DNA of 63,827 bases, filler included, from Octopus bimaculoides (GCF_001194135.2; 7 parts of 7 records of this genome joined end to end with filler, not necessarily neighbours in it); one strand, 5' to 3'. Numbered from the whole stretch's first letter, positions 14,010-27,058 are shown. Notes: a model not told the origin generated them from the letters alone. Numbers and translations: made by a program.

Positions 14010-14125
14010 GACGTACTATACACTTAAAGATACATTCAGAATTGTGAAAAAATGGAATGAACTAGTTGAATCAGTTGTTAGCTATGAAGACACTTCAACC
14101 TTCAAAATTCTATATTTCCGGAAAT
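14010..14125 (+). mobile_element. Possible CR1/L2 LINE 3' relic
   Basis: Frame reads FRIVKKWNELVESVVSYEDTSTFK, similar to the CR1/L2 C-terminal F..RVV..WN.LP..VV.....FK motif; short and degenerate. Confidence 0.35.
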
Positions 14126-15833
14126 TCACCTAAACCACTGATGATAGCCTATTCATCCTGTCTTCCGCGTGGTTCTTTAGATATTCACATTTGTGACTTT
14201 TGTGTTCTATTTTCTCTATTGTCCATGCATTACTATCATTCATTGCTGTTGTAGTATACTTTAATTCTAGCAACTTTCCCGCTTTCAACCTTACCTACGA
14301 GTTATAATGCACTTGAGTACTATACACAATAAGCTCATTATTGTTTTTCAAAGAATGAGTATTCGTTAGGGAATCAATATCTAGCCGAAAGGTTGAACTA
14401 TAAGTTCAGTTCGCGATATTAATAACACATATTATCCCTGTTTAGTTTCACTGAATTGTTGCGAGATATAAATGCTTGAATGTTTTTTTCAATGCTGTTA
14501 TATTTATTTTTATTTTGGAAGAAAGTTATCCTGATTCCCCATGATATCTAATTTAATACATGTTGAAGTATTCCAAAATATCCGATGATTATGAACCCAT
14601 AATTAGCAATTATTCGTTTCAGACAGCAGTGCGTCCACGTTCATTAAACTTGCATACTGAGACCTTGTGACGTCTGTTTCTATAGCTTTTCAGACACTGC
14701 GTTTTGTCACGAGTAAACCAAACCTGAACTCAGTATACATAGTGATGATTAGGTATTAAAAATGTTAAGCGGCGGAAAAGTTGGTACATTAAAGTTTTAC
14801 AAGTATAATTGTGTTCTGAAATCTTTCAACGCCAACTAAATGTTCTCTCGTGTATAGGACACGGTGATCCCAAAAAATTGATATGTTGCAGGAATAAATT
14901 CATTCAGGGATCGTAAAACCATTTTCAGGATTACTAGAGTATCCAAAAAAAGCCGATGTTCAATTCTTTAATGCTGACAAAATATGTATGCACACACTCA
15001 AATCAATTAGTTTGCCGAACGTTGAAATACATCTAACACGATTTTTCCAGTATATTAGACAAAACAAAAGTAGAATATCGCCATAAATTTCCCACGCAGT
15101 TTATTAATCTTCAGTAGCAGGGTAAATCTTACATTTCTCAAACATTAACAGGTTACCACAACAATATACGCCTCCGAAGTTATTTTTAATGAAAATACTG
15201 CGACAGATAAAACATGAGATAGCATGGTAAAATATGCTAACAGCAGTGTTTGGAAAACATGGTCATTATGGCTTTTGAAAGAAATTCTAAAAGCCCAATA
15301 AATTAGGAATAGTGTGATCCATTTGCATCAAAATGTTAACGTTTATATCAGAAGTTGCAACCGAGAGTTTATATCAGCAATGTCAATTTCAATAATGGAA
15401 ATGAGATTGCTATGGTTCAATCGGAAGCTAAGACTAACTATTTAGCAGAGTCATTAAAAGATTGAGTGAAAGGTCTCGTGCTATGATTTCCGACTCATTG
15501 TGCTACGAGTTCAAATTTTCTCCAGCATCAGCATTTCCTTCCAGGCTGAGAGTCGATTGAAAACTAACCAGCATTTTTGTTCAGTTTTCATCCCAATAGC
15601 ATGCACAAGCCTAACAAAGGGAACCAGCAGTGGTATGGTTCTCTATAATCTACGCGCTGTACAAACATGTCTGAAGCATATATACTGTAGTAGAGATCAG
15701 TAAAAAATAAAACGTAAGTTTATTTGATGTTGTCATAACAATATTCCTATAAAAGTAAGAATTAATTAAAATCCCAAACGTTAGAGACGAATTTAGACAC
15801 AGCACCTAATCACTGAGAAACAAAAAAAACACA

Positions 15834-16417
15834 TACGAGGTTTGCTCAATAAGAATCTGGAGTGCTTCCATTGGAACGAAGCTAAAGCACACAGAGTAAA
15901 CCCGTTTGGCACAGGTTGAACTTGATCTCTGCTGTGCATGCGCACAACCTTTTAACGTTTTAGCTCTCTTCCTCTGTTTATAGTAGTGCTTCCAAGTAAG
16001 GTGTGTAGCTTGCTCTAGTGACATTGACCGTAACAGAGGACGTTTTCATGGTGATACCTGCTCAGAGGTTTGCGCAATGTTACATGAAGTGAATGGATAG
16101 GATTGTATGAGCTGCACACAAGAAAAAATGTTTTTATAGACAAACGTTCCAGGAGACATACAGCCAGCAGGACTGAGAAAAACATAGTAGATGTTCGTGC
16201 AGCTATGAGGGGAAATTGTCGAATCAACATCCGTGAGTTATCAGAGGATATGCAAATTAGTTGCGTTTCAGTCCATTATCACTGAAGGCTAGGGTATTAG
16301 ATGCCTGTCTTCCAAGTTTGTGCCAAATCTGCTTTCAGCTGAAGAAAAAGGGCACTCAGGTTTCATTTGCTCAAGGTTTCCTTGATTGTGTCGAGAACGA
16401 GGAAAACATTTTGATAA
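15834..16417 (+). mobile_element. mariner transposon relic (5' TIR plus degraded N-terminal transposase)
   Basis: TIR-like TACGAGGTTTGCTCAATAAGAATCTGGAGTG; frames EKNIVDVRAAMRGNCRINIRELSEDMQIS and SKFVPNLLS correspond to the mariner HTH and WVPH-like region. Confidence 0.75.
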
Positions 16418-16580
16418 CTTTGCATAGGCCTCTGAGCAGGTATCATCAAGCTTTTGGCAAAATTTGATGCAGATTCTCTGCTCAACTTTCTCTGTCATGG
16501 TCAATGCGACGATTACACGTTACATACCTTCCGTCCAACCACTGCTGTGAATAGCGTAAGTCAGATAGAACGTTAAAACA
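16418..16580 (-). mobile_element. mariner 5' fragment of the same family, inverted
   Basis: ORF 16289-16504(-) begins MTMTEKVEQRICIKFCQKLDDTCSEAYAKL, a typical mariner N-terminus. Confidence 0.8.
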
Positions 16581-16989
16581 GGATTTGAAAGCTGACCTTT
16601 TGTGCTGTCTAACATAAAATTACGACGAGGAACTAATAAGAAGTTATTAAGTTTCAATAAATTTAAATAAATAATGTCATGTGGAATGTTAGATCAAGCA
16701 ATATAAACAGGATAAATCCTGGATGAAAATATTTTTGGTGAAAAATTACCGCCACCCCCACCCATCAACGCCAATGAAAAAAAATGCACGTCATATTGTT
16801 GTTGTTCAGTTTATGTAAACAATACATTTGTTAACGAAAATTAAAACACGAAAGTTGCTCCACAAAGAGATCAAAGAGATTACAATTTTCGTATTTCCCG
16901 TGCCACATACACTCGCAGAGATAGGAATCAACCATAGAATGTTGGGTCCCAGAAAGGCATTTATACTTGTTCGTATTCTGTTTTCTTCT

Positions 16990-17260
16990 TTTTGCGTGTG
17001 GTTAATTGTTCTATGACAAACACTATAACCATCAGTATCGGGAATGTGAGAGTAGGATCTCCACGATTCACTGGAAATTGTCATTCCAGGAAGAATCGAT
17101 TGGCGACGCGATTCCGACATTGAACGGCATTGAAAACAACATGTCTACTGTTGCGACAAACTCCTTCGAACACCTACTTTTCAGATAGTACCCTTCTTCG
17201 GTTGTATTTTTGTCTTGAGAAGACTGTTTCGTTTATCTCAAAAATCTTTTGAGCAGGACC
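16990..17260 (-). mobile_element. Merlin/IS1595 (ISXO2-like) DDE transposase relic
   Basis: Manual translation EINETVFSRQKYNRRRVLSEK*VFEGVCR, then a frameshift to QSILPGMTISSESWRSYSHI...HRTINH; matches Merlin motifs EIDES.F.KRKY.RGR...WVFG and ILPGT.I.SD.W.AY....H.TVNH. Confidence 0.75.
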
Positions 17261-18059
17261 CCGCAAATATTTCACATACATAGCTGCCATAATTAACATG
17301 TGTACAGTGATTGATCGCAAGTTCTTCAACAGAAAACGATAAAAGTGAGGTGGTACAAAAGTTCATAACATACGCACCTGTCAAAGAAAATGCGCAAGTG
17401 AAGTCAATACAGGTGGTTGTAGTTGCTTAAGCAGAGTATATGGCTTGTTACTATGGAAGCATATACTACGATGTCTGTAGCTTTCGATTCGCTAAAATTA
17501 CCCAAAATTGGTAAACTTTAATTTTTTAAATTTATTCATTTACGGCAAAAATTTATTTCATTTCCATAAGTACACCAAATGTCAAAACAATTGAGACAAA
17601 ATTTTAAAGTTTTAAAACGATGACGGCTTAAGAAAAGATCCGAAATAAATATTAAATCAATGCCCATAAATTCATGTGCAGTTATAATTTCCATTGTGAG
17701 CCTAATCATAAACTGACAAGGCAAAAATAGTTTTAAAAAACAAATACTTCGAAAATTATATAAATCACAGCAAATCGCAAAAAGAAAACTACATTATAAT
17801 TCATAGGAATTATAGAAGAAAGAATTATAGTAGGACGATAAATAAACTGATCGATATGTCGTTGGTACTCAAAACAAGTGCAAGAGGACTACAGCTCAGT
17901 AAAAATCCAATAAACACTTACGTTTATATATTTAGGATTAACTATTTTGAAACTGCACAGCTACACAGGCAATGTTTCATATGTCATTCGTGAAGATAAT
18001 TTATGCCTAGATATTTAAATGATAGATAGATAGATATACAGCTAGACATGAATAAATTG

Positions 18060-18067
18060 ATAGATGG

Positions 18068-18131
<64 letters not shown>

Positions 18132-18160
18132 CAGATAGATAGATAGACAGATAGATAGAT
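18060..18160. repeat. (GATA)n microsatellite
   Basis: Direct reading; similar tracts at 35255-35340, 47300-47340 and 48146-48212. Confidence 0.95.
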
Positions 18161-18459
18161 ACACAGCTAGACATAAATAAATGGATAGATGGTTGATAGA
18201 TAGACAGACAGATACGTAGACAAACAGATAGATATTGAAAGACTGACACAGAGAGTAAGAGAGAGAGATAATTAGATGAACGGATGAAGAATGACTGTGA
18301 CGAGCGTATAAAGCTCCTAGAATATATAATTAGAGGAAAATTATGATTAGTGAAGTTTTATAGCTTGAAAACTCAAACAATGAATCTCCTAGAGGAAGTG
18401 GTGCCCAAAAGTAACCTGAAACATTTTCTGTATAGGTGTAAAACTTAAAGTTTTGGAGG

Positions 18460-18575
18460 ACGCATCTAGTCGATTACAAGTACTTATTTCATCAACCTTC
18501 GAAGGATTAATAAGCAAAGTCGATGGCACTGGAATTTGAACTCAGTAACTAAGGAGGGACGAAAGGCCGCTAATT
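18460..18575 (-). mobile_element. tRNA-derived SINE (family B) fragment
   Basis: Reverse complement resembles the GAGTTCAAATTCC...GTCGACTTTGC...ATAAGTAC body seen at 36894-37094. Confidence 0.55.
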
Positions 18576-19122
18576 ACGTTCCCCGTTTGATATGAAGTTA
18601 TATACAAATATAATTTTTAAAAAAATATGTCTACCGAAAGCAATCTTTCTGCAATGACAAAGCAATAACAAAGTACAAAAATATAGAACAAATATCAAAC
18701 ATTTCGTGCTTTTTTTTTCTTTTTTAATATGGTGATCACAACCTGTCCTTGGTCAGACTGAACTATGTGAAGAAAGTGAGACAGTAATCTAATTTGAATA
18801 GCTACGTGGTAACGCACAAGCATGCCTCAGCGAAGCTACAAAGAGAATGTTTGATTTTAGCTGGCAAAAATCAATGGCTGGTTACATAACTCTAGCAACA
18901 TAAGAAATAGATGAACATGCTAATCTCAGCCGTTGAATATGCAATCAGCTTAAAGAGACAATCGATTACTTCAATGCGGATACCCAATCCTTAGAAAGAC
19001 AAAATATATCGACAAATTGGAGTAGATAGTTAACTATTGTCATTGTAGACATTGCAAATATTTCTAAATCATATCTACATGTAAAGGTTGTAGACATTCA
19101 GAAAATCTGGAGTGACACTAAC

Positions 19123-19151
19123 CTGGTTGTGATATACTGAACTATGTTCGT
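19123..19151 (-). other. Candidate 29-nt exon, unassigned
   Basis: Strong acceptor TATTTTTCTGTCTCTCCAG and donor CAG|GTTAGT; two open frames (TNIVQYITT or EHSSVYHNQ). Confidence 0.25.
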
Positions 19152-22100
19152 CTGGAGAGACAGAAAAATATAACAGAATTATATAAATATTATAACTGAA
19201 AGACAGTAATGAATTTATGTGGATTTTGCTTGCTATCTCCACGATTTATATGATGTTGTCGTTGTTGTTCACTTACGTAACTGGAAAAACTTGAACATTT
19301 TAATGATACTTATATATGGAAAATGAAAAAAATGTTTAAAAATATAAACAGACATGTACGTATCATACTTAAAGTTTCACATATTAAGCCACTTATTAAG
19401 TCAGTTACTGTGGTACTTGTTCGTCTCTGTTTGACATATTGTGTGCATATATTGCATATGATACACAGCCGGCAATTTTAGTCTAATATGGCTTCAGTTC
19501 CATATACCAGATTGTCATTCAGCAAGACAGCTTGTCGCAAAATAAGTGAACGTTTTATTAACTTCTTCCGAAGTAAAAAATTGACCAATTCTTGTCGCAG
19601 CACGTGACAGGCTGCGAATAAAACTTAAATGAATCCAGAAGTTTTACAAAGGTGTGAATTCATCAGGTGTTTTCGAGGTTCATTCTTGGGACAAGTTTTC
19701 GTCTCTCTGATACTTATTGTTTCAAACACATCACAATTATAGAAGATGTCATCTCGCCACAGATGCCGTCATAAATGGCTTGTCCACGAACTTTACAAAT
19801 TAATCATGATAAATAGATGGTTGACGAGACACAACACCAGTTTCTTAGAATACCGTGCGCCAATGAGCCGAGTTTGATGAACACATTGCAGTCGTAAAAG
19901 GAGAATTTATTTTCGTATAGTGTAACTGATCTACATGAAAATATCCATCTTCTATGCACTGTGAATAATATACGTACACAGTTGTACAGCCATATTCGCT
20001 CTGAGACAAGTTCCTTTATGGATGTGTTGTGCAGAAAAAACAGTAAAAATCAGATGGAGATGAAAATCGAACCAACTGCAACCAGGAAGGAAGCTAAATA
20101 TTTTTCAACACTTTGAGTCTATTCGTCATCTGCACTTGTAGTCAAATGTTTGTCTTGATTAGAATAACCACCCGGCTGATTAAATACCTTTATACGCAAT
20201 TGAGGCAGTTTTAAATTAAAATAAGCCATCTATGTATCATACTTAATGTAGGTACACCATTGACAAGTAAGTTACAGTGTTATTTGTCCCCGATTAACAT
20301 CTCTGAATTTTCCTGTTACGCTTCTCCCTAACCCAGGAGAAAGTTTACAGTTTTCCACTTTGTTTTCAGTTCTTTATCCCAATTTCGCATCAACAAGGTT
20401 CTATAAACACCACCAGCATATAAAACACTATGTGCTTCCGCCTGCAATATCTGAAGAGACATCAATATTTCTAGTTGCAATTTGTCGGCACGAAACCGCC
20501 GGTAATTTTCTCACCAGTTATAGCCAATAAACATAACCATTATGTAATATACTACTTCATACTATGTGTGTGTTTTTGTGTATGTGTTTACGTGTTTGTG
20601 TGTGTGTGTGTGTGTGACGTATGAGAGAAAGAAACCAACTCGAAGAAATTCCTGAAGTAAATACAGTGGCATTTATATCAATAGTGCTATAACATCAGGT
20701 ATTTGACTATAGTAAATGCGTTTTAAACAGCATGTCATCAGGTGTATACACAGATTTAAAATCATAACTTATTTGTATGTTTTGTGTGTGCGTGTGTATG
20801 TGTGTGTGTGTGTGTGTATGTGTGTGTGTGTGAGCATGTTTGAGTATATGTATACATGTATATATAGTATATATGTTTGTATGTTTATATATACTTTTAT
20901 TGATTTTACTTGTACTTAGACAATGTTTGAAATGTCACTGCATTTAGCTATTGACCTAATTAGTTGTAGTAATATCTCATTAAATGCTTCACTAAAAATA
21001 TCTTTCTGTCTCGTTCTTTTACCGCTTTCTATTGTTTCATTTATTCTTTAATTTCGCAATTAAAAAAATCGAAAATGACATTATTTTAAAAGTGTTTTGA
21101 ATTGATGAAATCGTCCGATCACTCCAATGTATTTACTTACTCTCTTACTTTCAGACAGCAATTAACAGATGGATTTACATTGTTCATTTTGCCTTCTGTT
21201 TTCTTATAACGTTCGATTTATTTATTTTTGTTATTCATTTTTATAGTTGTCCATTTATATTATTTACTGAGTAGGTCTTTGTCGTTGTTGAATTTGGTTT
21301 ATTTTTGGTTATATTCTCTGAAAGCCATTAATGTAATTATTCAAACAAATGGAAACTGTTTTCCGACACGCTTTCTATTTTCATCTCATTCGCTAGCATT
21401 TTGATGCCGTTAGCGTTTTTAAGCTTACAAGTAAAGTTGTGCTTTATTGTACACCGTGTATTTTTCGGATGGTATTTCAAATGGAAACAACGTACGCTTA
21501 TTTCTTAAAAATGCAGAAACTTAAGTGCATCTAATGTATATTTGTTGATCGACAAAAACAAAGACATATTAAATGAAATAGGGTGCGTTCAAAGAGAAGA
21601 ACTGAACTGTGGATCTAGAGGTACAAGTTCCCATCCATCTTTTAAATATCTCCTAAATTTGTTCCCGACTAGGATGATTATCTATAGTTTTCTTCATTTC
21701 GCAAATAGGTACTGGATCATGCTTCTTTTTATCACCACCTTCATACTCTCCACTGTCACCTCAGAATACTGTTAACTGCAGTCCTAGGACTGATTAGGCC
21801 GGTTACCCGGAATTTTATCTTGAACGGGGCACCAGTGCGTCGTGGGGGTTATACTCACTTACAAAACTCATATACAAAACTGAGTGGAGTGGAATAACCT
21901 CAAATAGTGTTATCCTCAGGAACACAACGCCGTCCGAGTTTCAAAATCAGATTACATGACTATGAGTACAATTCTTTAGATACTAGGTCACGTGTCTTTC
22001 TCTAGGAATGGCGTTTATCTAGAACATATGATTGTGATATTGCTTATCATTGCCGATTTTTCCACTGGTTATATTTTGTAGTAAATCTAGTTTATCAGCG

Positions 22101-23367
22101 AAATAGTAAGAAAAGAAAGGATCAAATATGCATGTAAATGTTTGCATATATTTGACGAACGCAAGTAGGACTCCTATTGTGGCACTGTCAGTCTATATAT
22201 CGCTGGCGGGGAGATAAGTCACTGCTATCTCTTGCAGTCAAATTATCCATCATTGACAAGATCAAACAAGATCGAAATCGATTGATCCGGGGGTTTCAGC
22301 GCTAAATGTTGCGGGAGATTATCTACCTGCTAGGGATATAAACAAGAGTATATTTTGCACAAAACCGAAAATGTGTTTCTCTCATGGTAACTCCTGCAGC
22401 AAAGTTTGGTCAAATACACGATCCACGTTTTAGTAGGAATAAACTTTACCTCTCTATAAACCTGTGTTGCATTTGAAATGCAATAAGATATGTTTTGGGT
22501 TAATTTTAGCCAAATTCCCATAGCAACTTTTAGAAAAATCAGATATTAGCACAGAATAATAGTCACTATTTTGTGATAATTATTACCCAAGTCTGCGTAA
22601 TGTTTGAAACGAAATAGTGGGATTGACATAATCATGATAGAACTTTCTAAATAAATGAGAGGAAAACACTTGAAATTTCTAATTAAGTTTTCGACATTTT
22701 GGTGGAGAAGATAATTGATTAAGATGACCTCAAAATTTTTACTGATGCATTTTGTCAATGAGGTGGAAAGTTAAAAAGCAAATATGACTTCAGTTGTATT
22801 TGAACGTTAGACGCAAAATATTTGGAATAGGTATGCAAATCGTTTTTTATGTCATGCTAATGATTTTGCCTACGCACCACTGCTCCCATTTCTGAATGCA
22901 GTAGAACAGCGAAAACGGTAGCATACCAAACAATACTTCCTATAGTTTTAGTTACACACTCAATTTAATCCTTATGTAAGTTGATCCTTGCCTCTTATCT
23001 TGTTTTCTTTATATAGTGTTACTCTTTTTCAGAAATTACAGAACTGGAAAGAAGTTGCTAACTCACAAAGCAATATTATTATTATTAATGCAACCATTAA
23101 TAATATATAAAAGTGTTTATAAGCTTTTGTATAATATTATCTAATTAATACAAAATAACCAGAAAATTAGATGTCATTGTTAAAATCAGTGAAAAGAACC
23201 AACAGCAAATTCTGTGAGCTGCCAGAACCGTAAACATGTCGGACAAATTGTTGAGCGGAATTTTGTTCAGCTGTTTACATTCTGAGTTCAAATGTATGGA
23301 GTTCAACTTTATTTTTCGTCTTCTCAACATCGATAAAGTGACGTACCATACATTTTCCCTTACTCAC

Positions 23368-23437
23368 AAAACTGCTGAGCTTCAACTCTGCCTCCGACCG
23401 TCCTCTCGCTTTAAGTGAATCTTGTGATCTCGGACAC
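23368..23437 (-). CDS. Candidate 70-nt coding exon of an unidentified gene
   Basis: Pyrimidine-rich acceptor ending TAG and donor GTGAGT; GC-richer than its flanks; one frame open throughout (CPRSQDSLKARGRSEAELKLSSF). No homology recognised. Confidence 0.3.
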
Positions 23438-24559
23438 CTATACGCCACGGCAACCAAGCAAGAAAAATAAAACAACGTCATGTACGTTATGGATACAGAT
23501 CCATTCTCTCTCCTTTTGTTGTTTAAACAAAGAAATTCTGTATGAGCTGCAGGTCTTTTTTTTTTTTTTCTTATTTTATAATTACATAAAAATATCGACA
23601 ATGTTTGCAGCAAGAAGTGTTAAAATGTTTATCAGTATGTAAATATCTGTCAAAGATTTCTAAATAACCGTTTTAGTTTCAGATAACTTTATTTCACATG
23701 ACAGTAAGTTGTTGATATATGCGAAACTTTCTGTCACTCCATTGTATTTTCTATATCTCATTTCCGTATTATGAGTTCAACTGTTTATTGAAGTACTGCA
23801 GTTGAAAATAATATATTTAAATTTTATTTTACTGATAGAGTTTTGCATTATATACACAACAATAGCACCTACTGGGATATTTTTTTTTACCTTTCCTTTG
23901 TCAGCTGATATTTTCTTTGCTGCAGTATACGTTCGTATGTGCCTTCATCTGTCATTGCTCTCTTTCACAATACATGCAACCGTGATATCCTTTCACGATT
24001 ATTGACTGCAGAGAGACAATTCCGTACGTAACACAGGATATGTTCTCTAGAGTTATATTATATTCAGGCAATATTCTGTTTGTTTTTTGTCTCCTCTTTG
24101 TACATTTGTGAAGTATTTTCTAAAATATCTGTAGGTGGTGTTCAGTGATCATCTAATATCTGTGATCATCCTTTTACGCTTTGTACGCTCCTATTTTTTT
24201 ATTCTGAAGCATATGTATATTGAGATCTAACAACAGGTTATTAGTACCATTATGCCCAAGCAAAATTATAAAATATATACGTGTATTTCAATGCAATTAA
24301 GGTACAAAATTTCAGCTAAAATCTGAATTTTGAAAGAACATCTATCGTAACATTTCCATGAAAGTATTTGTTTAGAGCTATAAAAAATCTAATTATATCC
24401 TTTCTGTTTATGCTGTTTAGGGTAACACAGATTGTGGTACAATGGTTGATGGTGTCTGTGATCCCTACTCAAATTTTTGGATCCAAAGCCTTTTAGTTTC
24501 ATATAAATCTGTTGAAACCCATCATTTAGGACATTAAAACAAGACTACACATAGGAGAG

Positions 24560-25335
24560 CATCGTAGTTCGCTTGAAGCGTTGTGTATCGTTTGTAAAGA
24601 AAAAAAAGTTAAGAATGGTCCAACAATGCACTATAAAACAAAAACAAAATGGACTATATACCTGTTGTAATTTGGTTAACTATAGTCCGATGATATTTCG
24701 GAATAACAATTCCTTCTTCAGATCTTCTTTGCTGGAGTCCCTGCTATAAACTGTTTTCCAACGGTTTTCTAGTTTTTCGGAAGCGTCTCAGAAGTGGTCT
24801 CACGAAGATTCTTCCTGAATTCTTCTTGAGAAATGCGTGAGGTCGGCTATGTTTCAATCTCGTGTGTGTTGGTACATATGTGGCGCTATTTCTAAGTTAT
24901 GTGTTATACGTGCAGCTTCTCTAATTTTTTTTTGCCCTTCTTTTTTTCTTTTGTTAAAACAATACATGAGCATGTTATTAAGAATGAACCTACACACATC
25001 CAGATGTAGCTAAATTATATATTGATTACCAACTTCCATCCTGTTCTTAATTTGCGGTCCTAATCTGTGTATGAGTAAAGCTTCCTTAATTCTTAAATTA
25101 CTCAAATTTTTTTCATTGGCCTCAATTGTGACTGTTATGCTTTTGTCGGTATTCCGGCACCTGTCTGGATGTTTTCTGAAGGAGGAGGCTCTCGTGTTCA
25201 GATGTTCTTTGATGCGGACGTGTAACGGTCTTGTTGTGCTACCCACATAGAACTTGTTGCATTTGTTAAATTGTATTCTATACACAACATTTACCCGTTG
25301 GCATAAATCTGTGTCACGGATGGGACAATTTGTTC
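24560..25335 (-). mobile_element. Penelope-like element 3' part: GIY-YIG endonuclease plus tail
   Basis: NCPIRDTDLCQRVNVVYRIQFNKCNKFYVGSTTRPLHVRIKEH...LRIKEALLI is a GIY-YIG domain with the PLE Cys-rich linker; the tail contains a hammerhead motif. The 3' boundary is approximate. Confidence 0.9.
24689..24724 (-). ncRNA. Minimal type I hammerhead ribozyme
   Basis: GAT-CTGAAGA-A-GGAAT-tgtt-ATTCC-GAA-ATAT-C^ATC: stem I GAT/ATC, 5-bp stem II, palindromic AUAU stem III, AUC cleavage triplet. Confidence 0.7.
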
Positions 25336-27010
25336 ATTTCTTTCACCTTTTGTTCATACATCTTGTCTCTACCAATGATACCCAGGTACTTATATCTTTC
25401 CTCTCCGACTTCCTTTATAATTTCACCACTTTCTGGCTTGATCCCATACATTTTACTGAATTTCCCCCTTTTTGAGAATCATTACACCACATTTTTTTTA
25501 AATCCCAAATTCCATGCGAATATTTTTGCTAATTATCTGCACAGTTGCTGTAAAACTCTCAATTTCTTTCTTAGTCTTAGCGATTAGCTTTAGATCATCC
25601 ATAAACCACAGGTTAACTTTCACCCTGCTTATTATGTAATCCACATGCATCTTTCTTAAAATGCTCGTTAGTGGCAGTATGCAGACAACAAATATGAGAG
25701 GCGACAGACTGTCCACTTGAAAGATTCCTTTTTTGATATTTACCTCTTCCGGTTTATCTCTCCATGCTGTGAGTTCTGTTCACCACATTGCCATTGAGTT
25801 TTGTATTAACTGCAGAATATTGTGGGAGACCTTAAGCAGTTTAAGGCATTCAGTAATCAATGAGTGTGAGATTAAGTCATATGATGTCCTGTAGTCCACC
25901 CATGCAATCGCCAAATTTGTGTGTTTCTCTTGCAGTCAGCCAGGATAGTCTTATTGATTAGTAATTGATCCTTCGTTCCTCTGCTCTTACGTCTACACCC
26001 TTTTTGATTCACTGGTAGCAGATCATTCTCATCTAGGTACTTATAGATGCTGTTTGATATGATTCCCGTCGCCAGTTTCCACATCACTGGCAAATAAGAT
26101 ATTGGTCGGAAGTTTCCAACCGCATACCACTTACTAGGGTCCTTCTGGCATAGTAGCATTCTTCCTTTTGTTAGTCAGGCCGGTAATGGGATGTCACTAC
26201 TCAGTATTTCGTCCACCTGTCTCGCAATTCTCCTGAGCAGAGCTGTCAAGTTTTTAAGCCGAAAAGCCCTGAAACCCATCTGGGCCAGGCGCTTTCCAGT
26301 TAGGAATTGTCATACTTTGATTTCTAATCATCTCCTCGGTTATTTTCAAATCCCCCTGCTGATACTCTTCACTTTCCACTCTCCACTCTCCTCTTTGAGA
26401 GTCTTTAACCACTCCGCTTCAGTTTCTTGTTGTTTCTGCTGAGATAATATTTTGACCAGAATCTTTTGCTTTCTTCCGCATCCGGCACCTTTTTTCACCT
26501 TTTTTCTTTCCCATCCAGTTCTTGATATTCTCCTTTCTGATTTTGTTCGAAAATCTCTGCTGCTCAGTTCTCTATTCATATCTAATTAGTTTATGTGCTT
26601 TAGCTTTCAACTTCTGTTTTATTACCTCAATCACAACATCGATTCCCTTTCTCTTCCCCCTACACTTCCTCTCTAACTCAACATATTTCTCTTGCTGCAC
26701 CTCATTTCTCTTTTTCCGTTCCAGAATGTTAATATGCTTTCTGCTCACGTTATAAGACTGCATTTTTCTCCTTTTCCCCCACGGTTCCTTCAGGTTATGT
26801 GGACATTTACTTTTGGCTTTCAAACCTAACTTCCGAGTTATAAAGATCGAGATATCATTTATCAGATTGTTGGTGTCTGTGATGTCGTCATTCTTGATAT
26901 CACCAGTGATATCATTTATCTTCCTGATCCATTCATTCAGCTTCTTCCTGTCTACTTTTTTAAACCCCGTATGGAGGCTCTGTTCACCAGAGGTCCAAAT
27001 ATCAATGATA
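25336..27010 (-). mobile_element. R4/Dong-type non-LTR retrotransposon relic (N-terminal region plus RT)
   Basis: ORF pieces NFRPISYLPVMWK...QKGCRRKSRGTKDQLLINK, DSLSPLIF...FMDDLKL...MEFGI, RYKYLGI, and the N-terminal KKVDRKKL...LKAKAHKLIRYE; frameshifted. Confidence 0.9.
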
Positions 27011-27015
27011 TAGAA

Positions 27016-27058
<43 letters not shown>

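Noticed and set aside
16737-20515. GGTGAAAAATTACCG and CGGTAATTTTCTCACC as TIRs of the Merlin relic
   Set aside because: Short, gapped match with no TSD in the flanks; probably chance.
23683-23703. Plus-strand micro-exon candidates (23683-23703, 46871-46882, 11384-11400, ~29950-30033)
   Set aside because: AG/GT pairs like these are expected by chance in 50 kb of AT-rich DNA; no homology or mutual phase evidence. RNA-seq could revive them.
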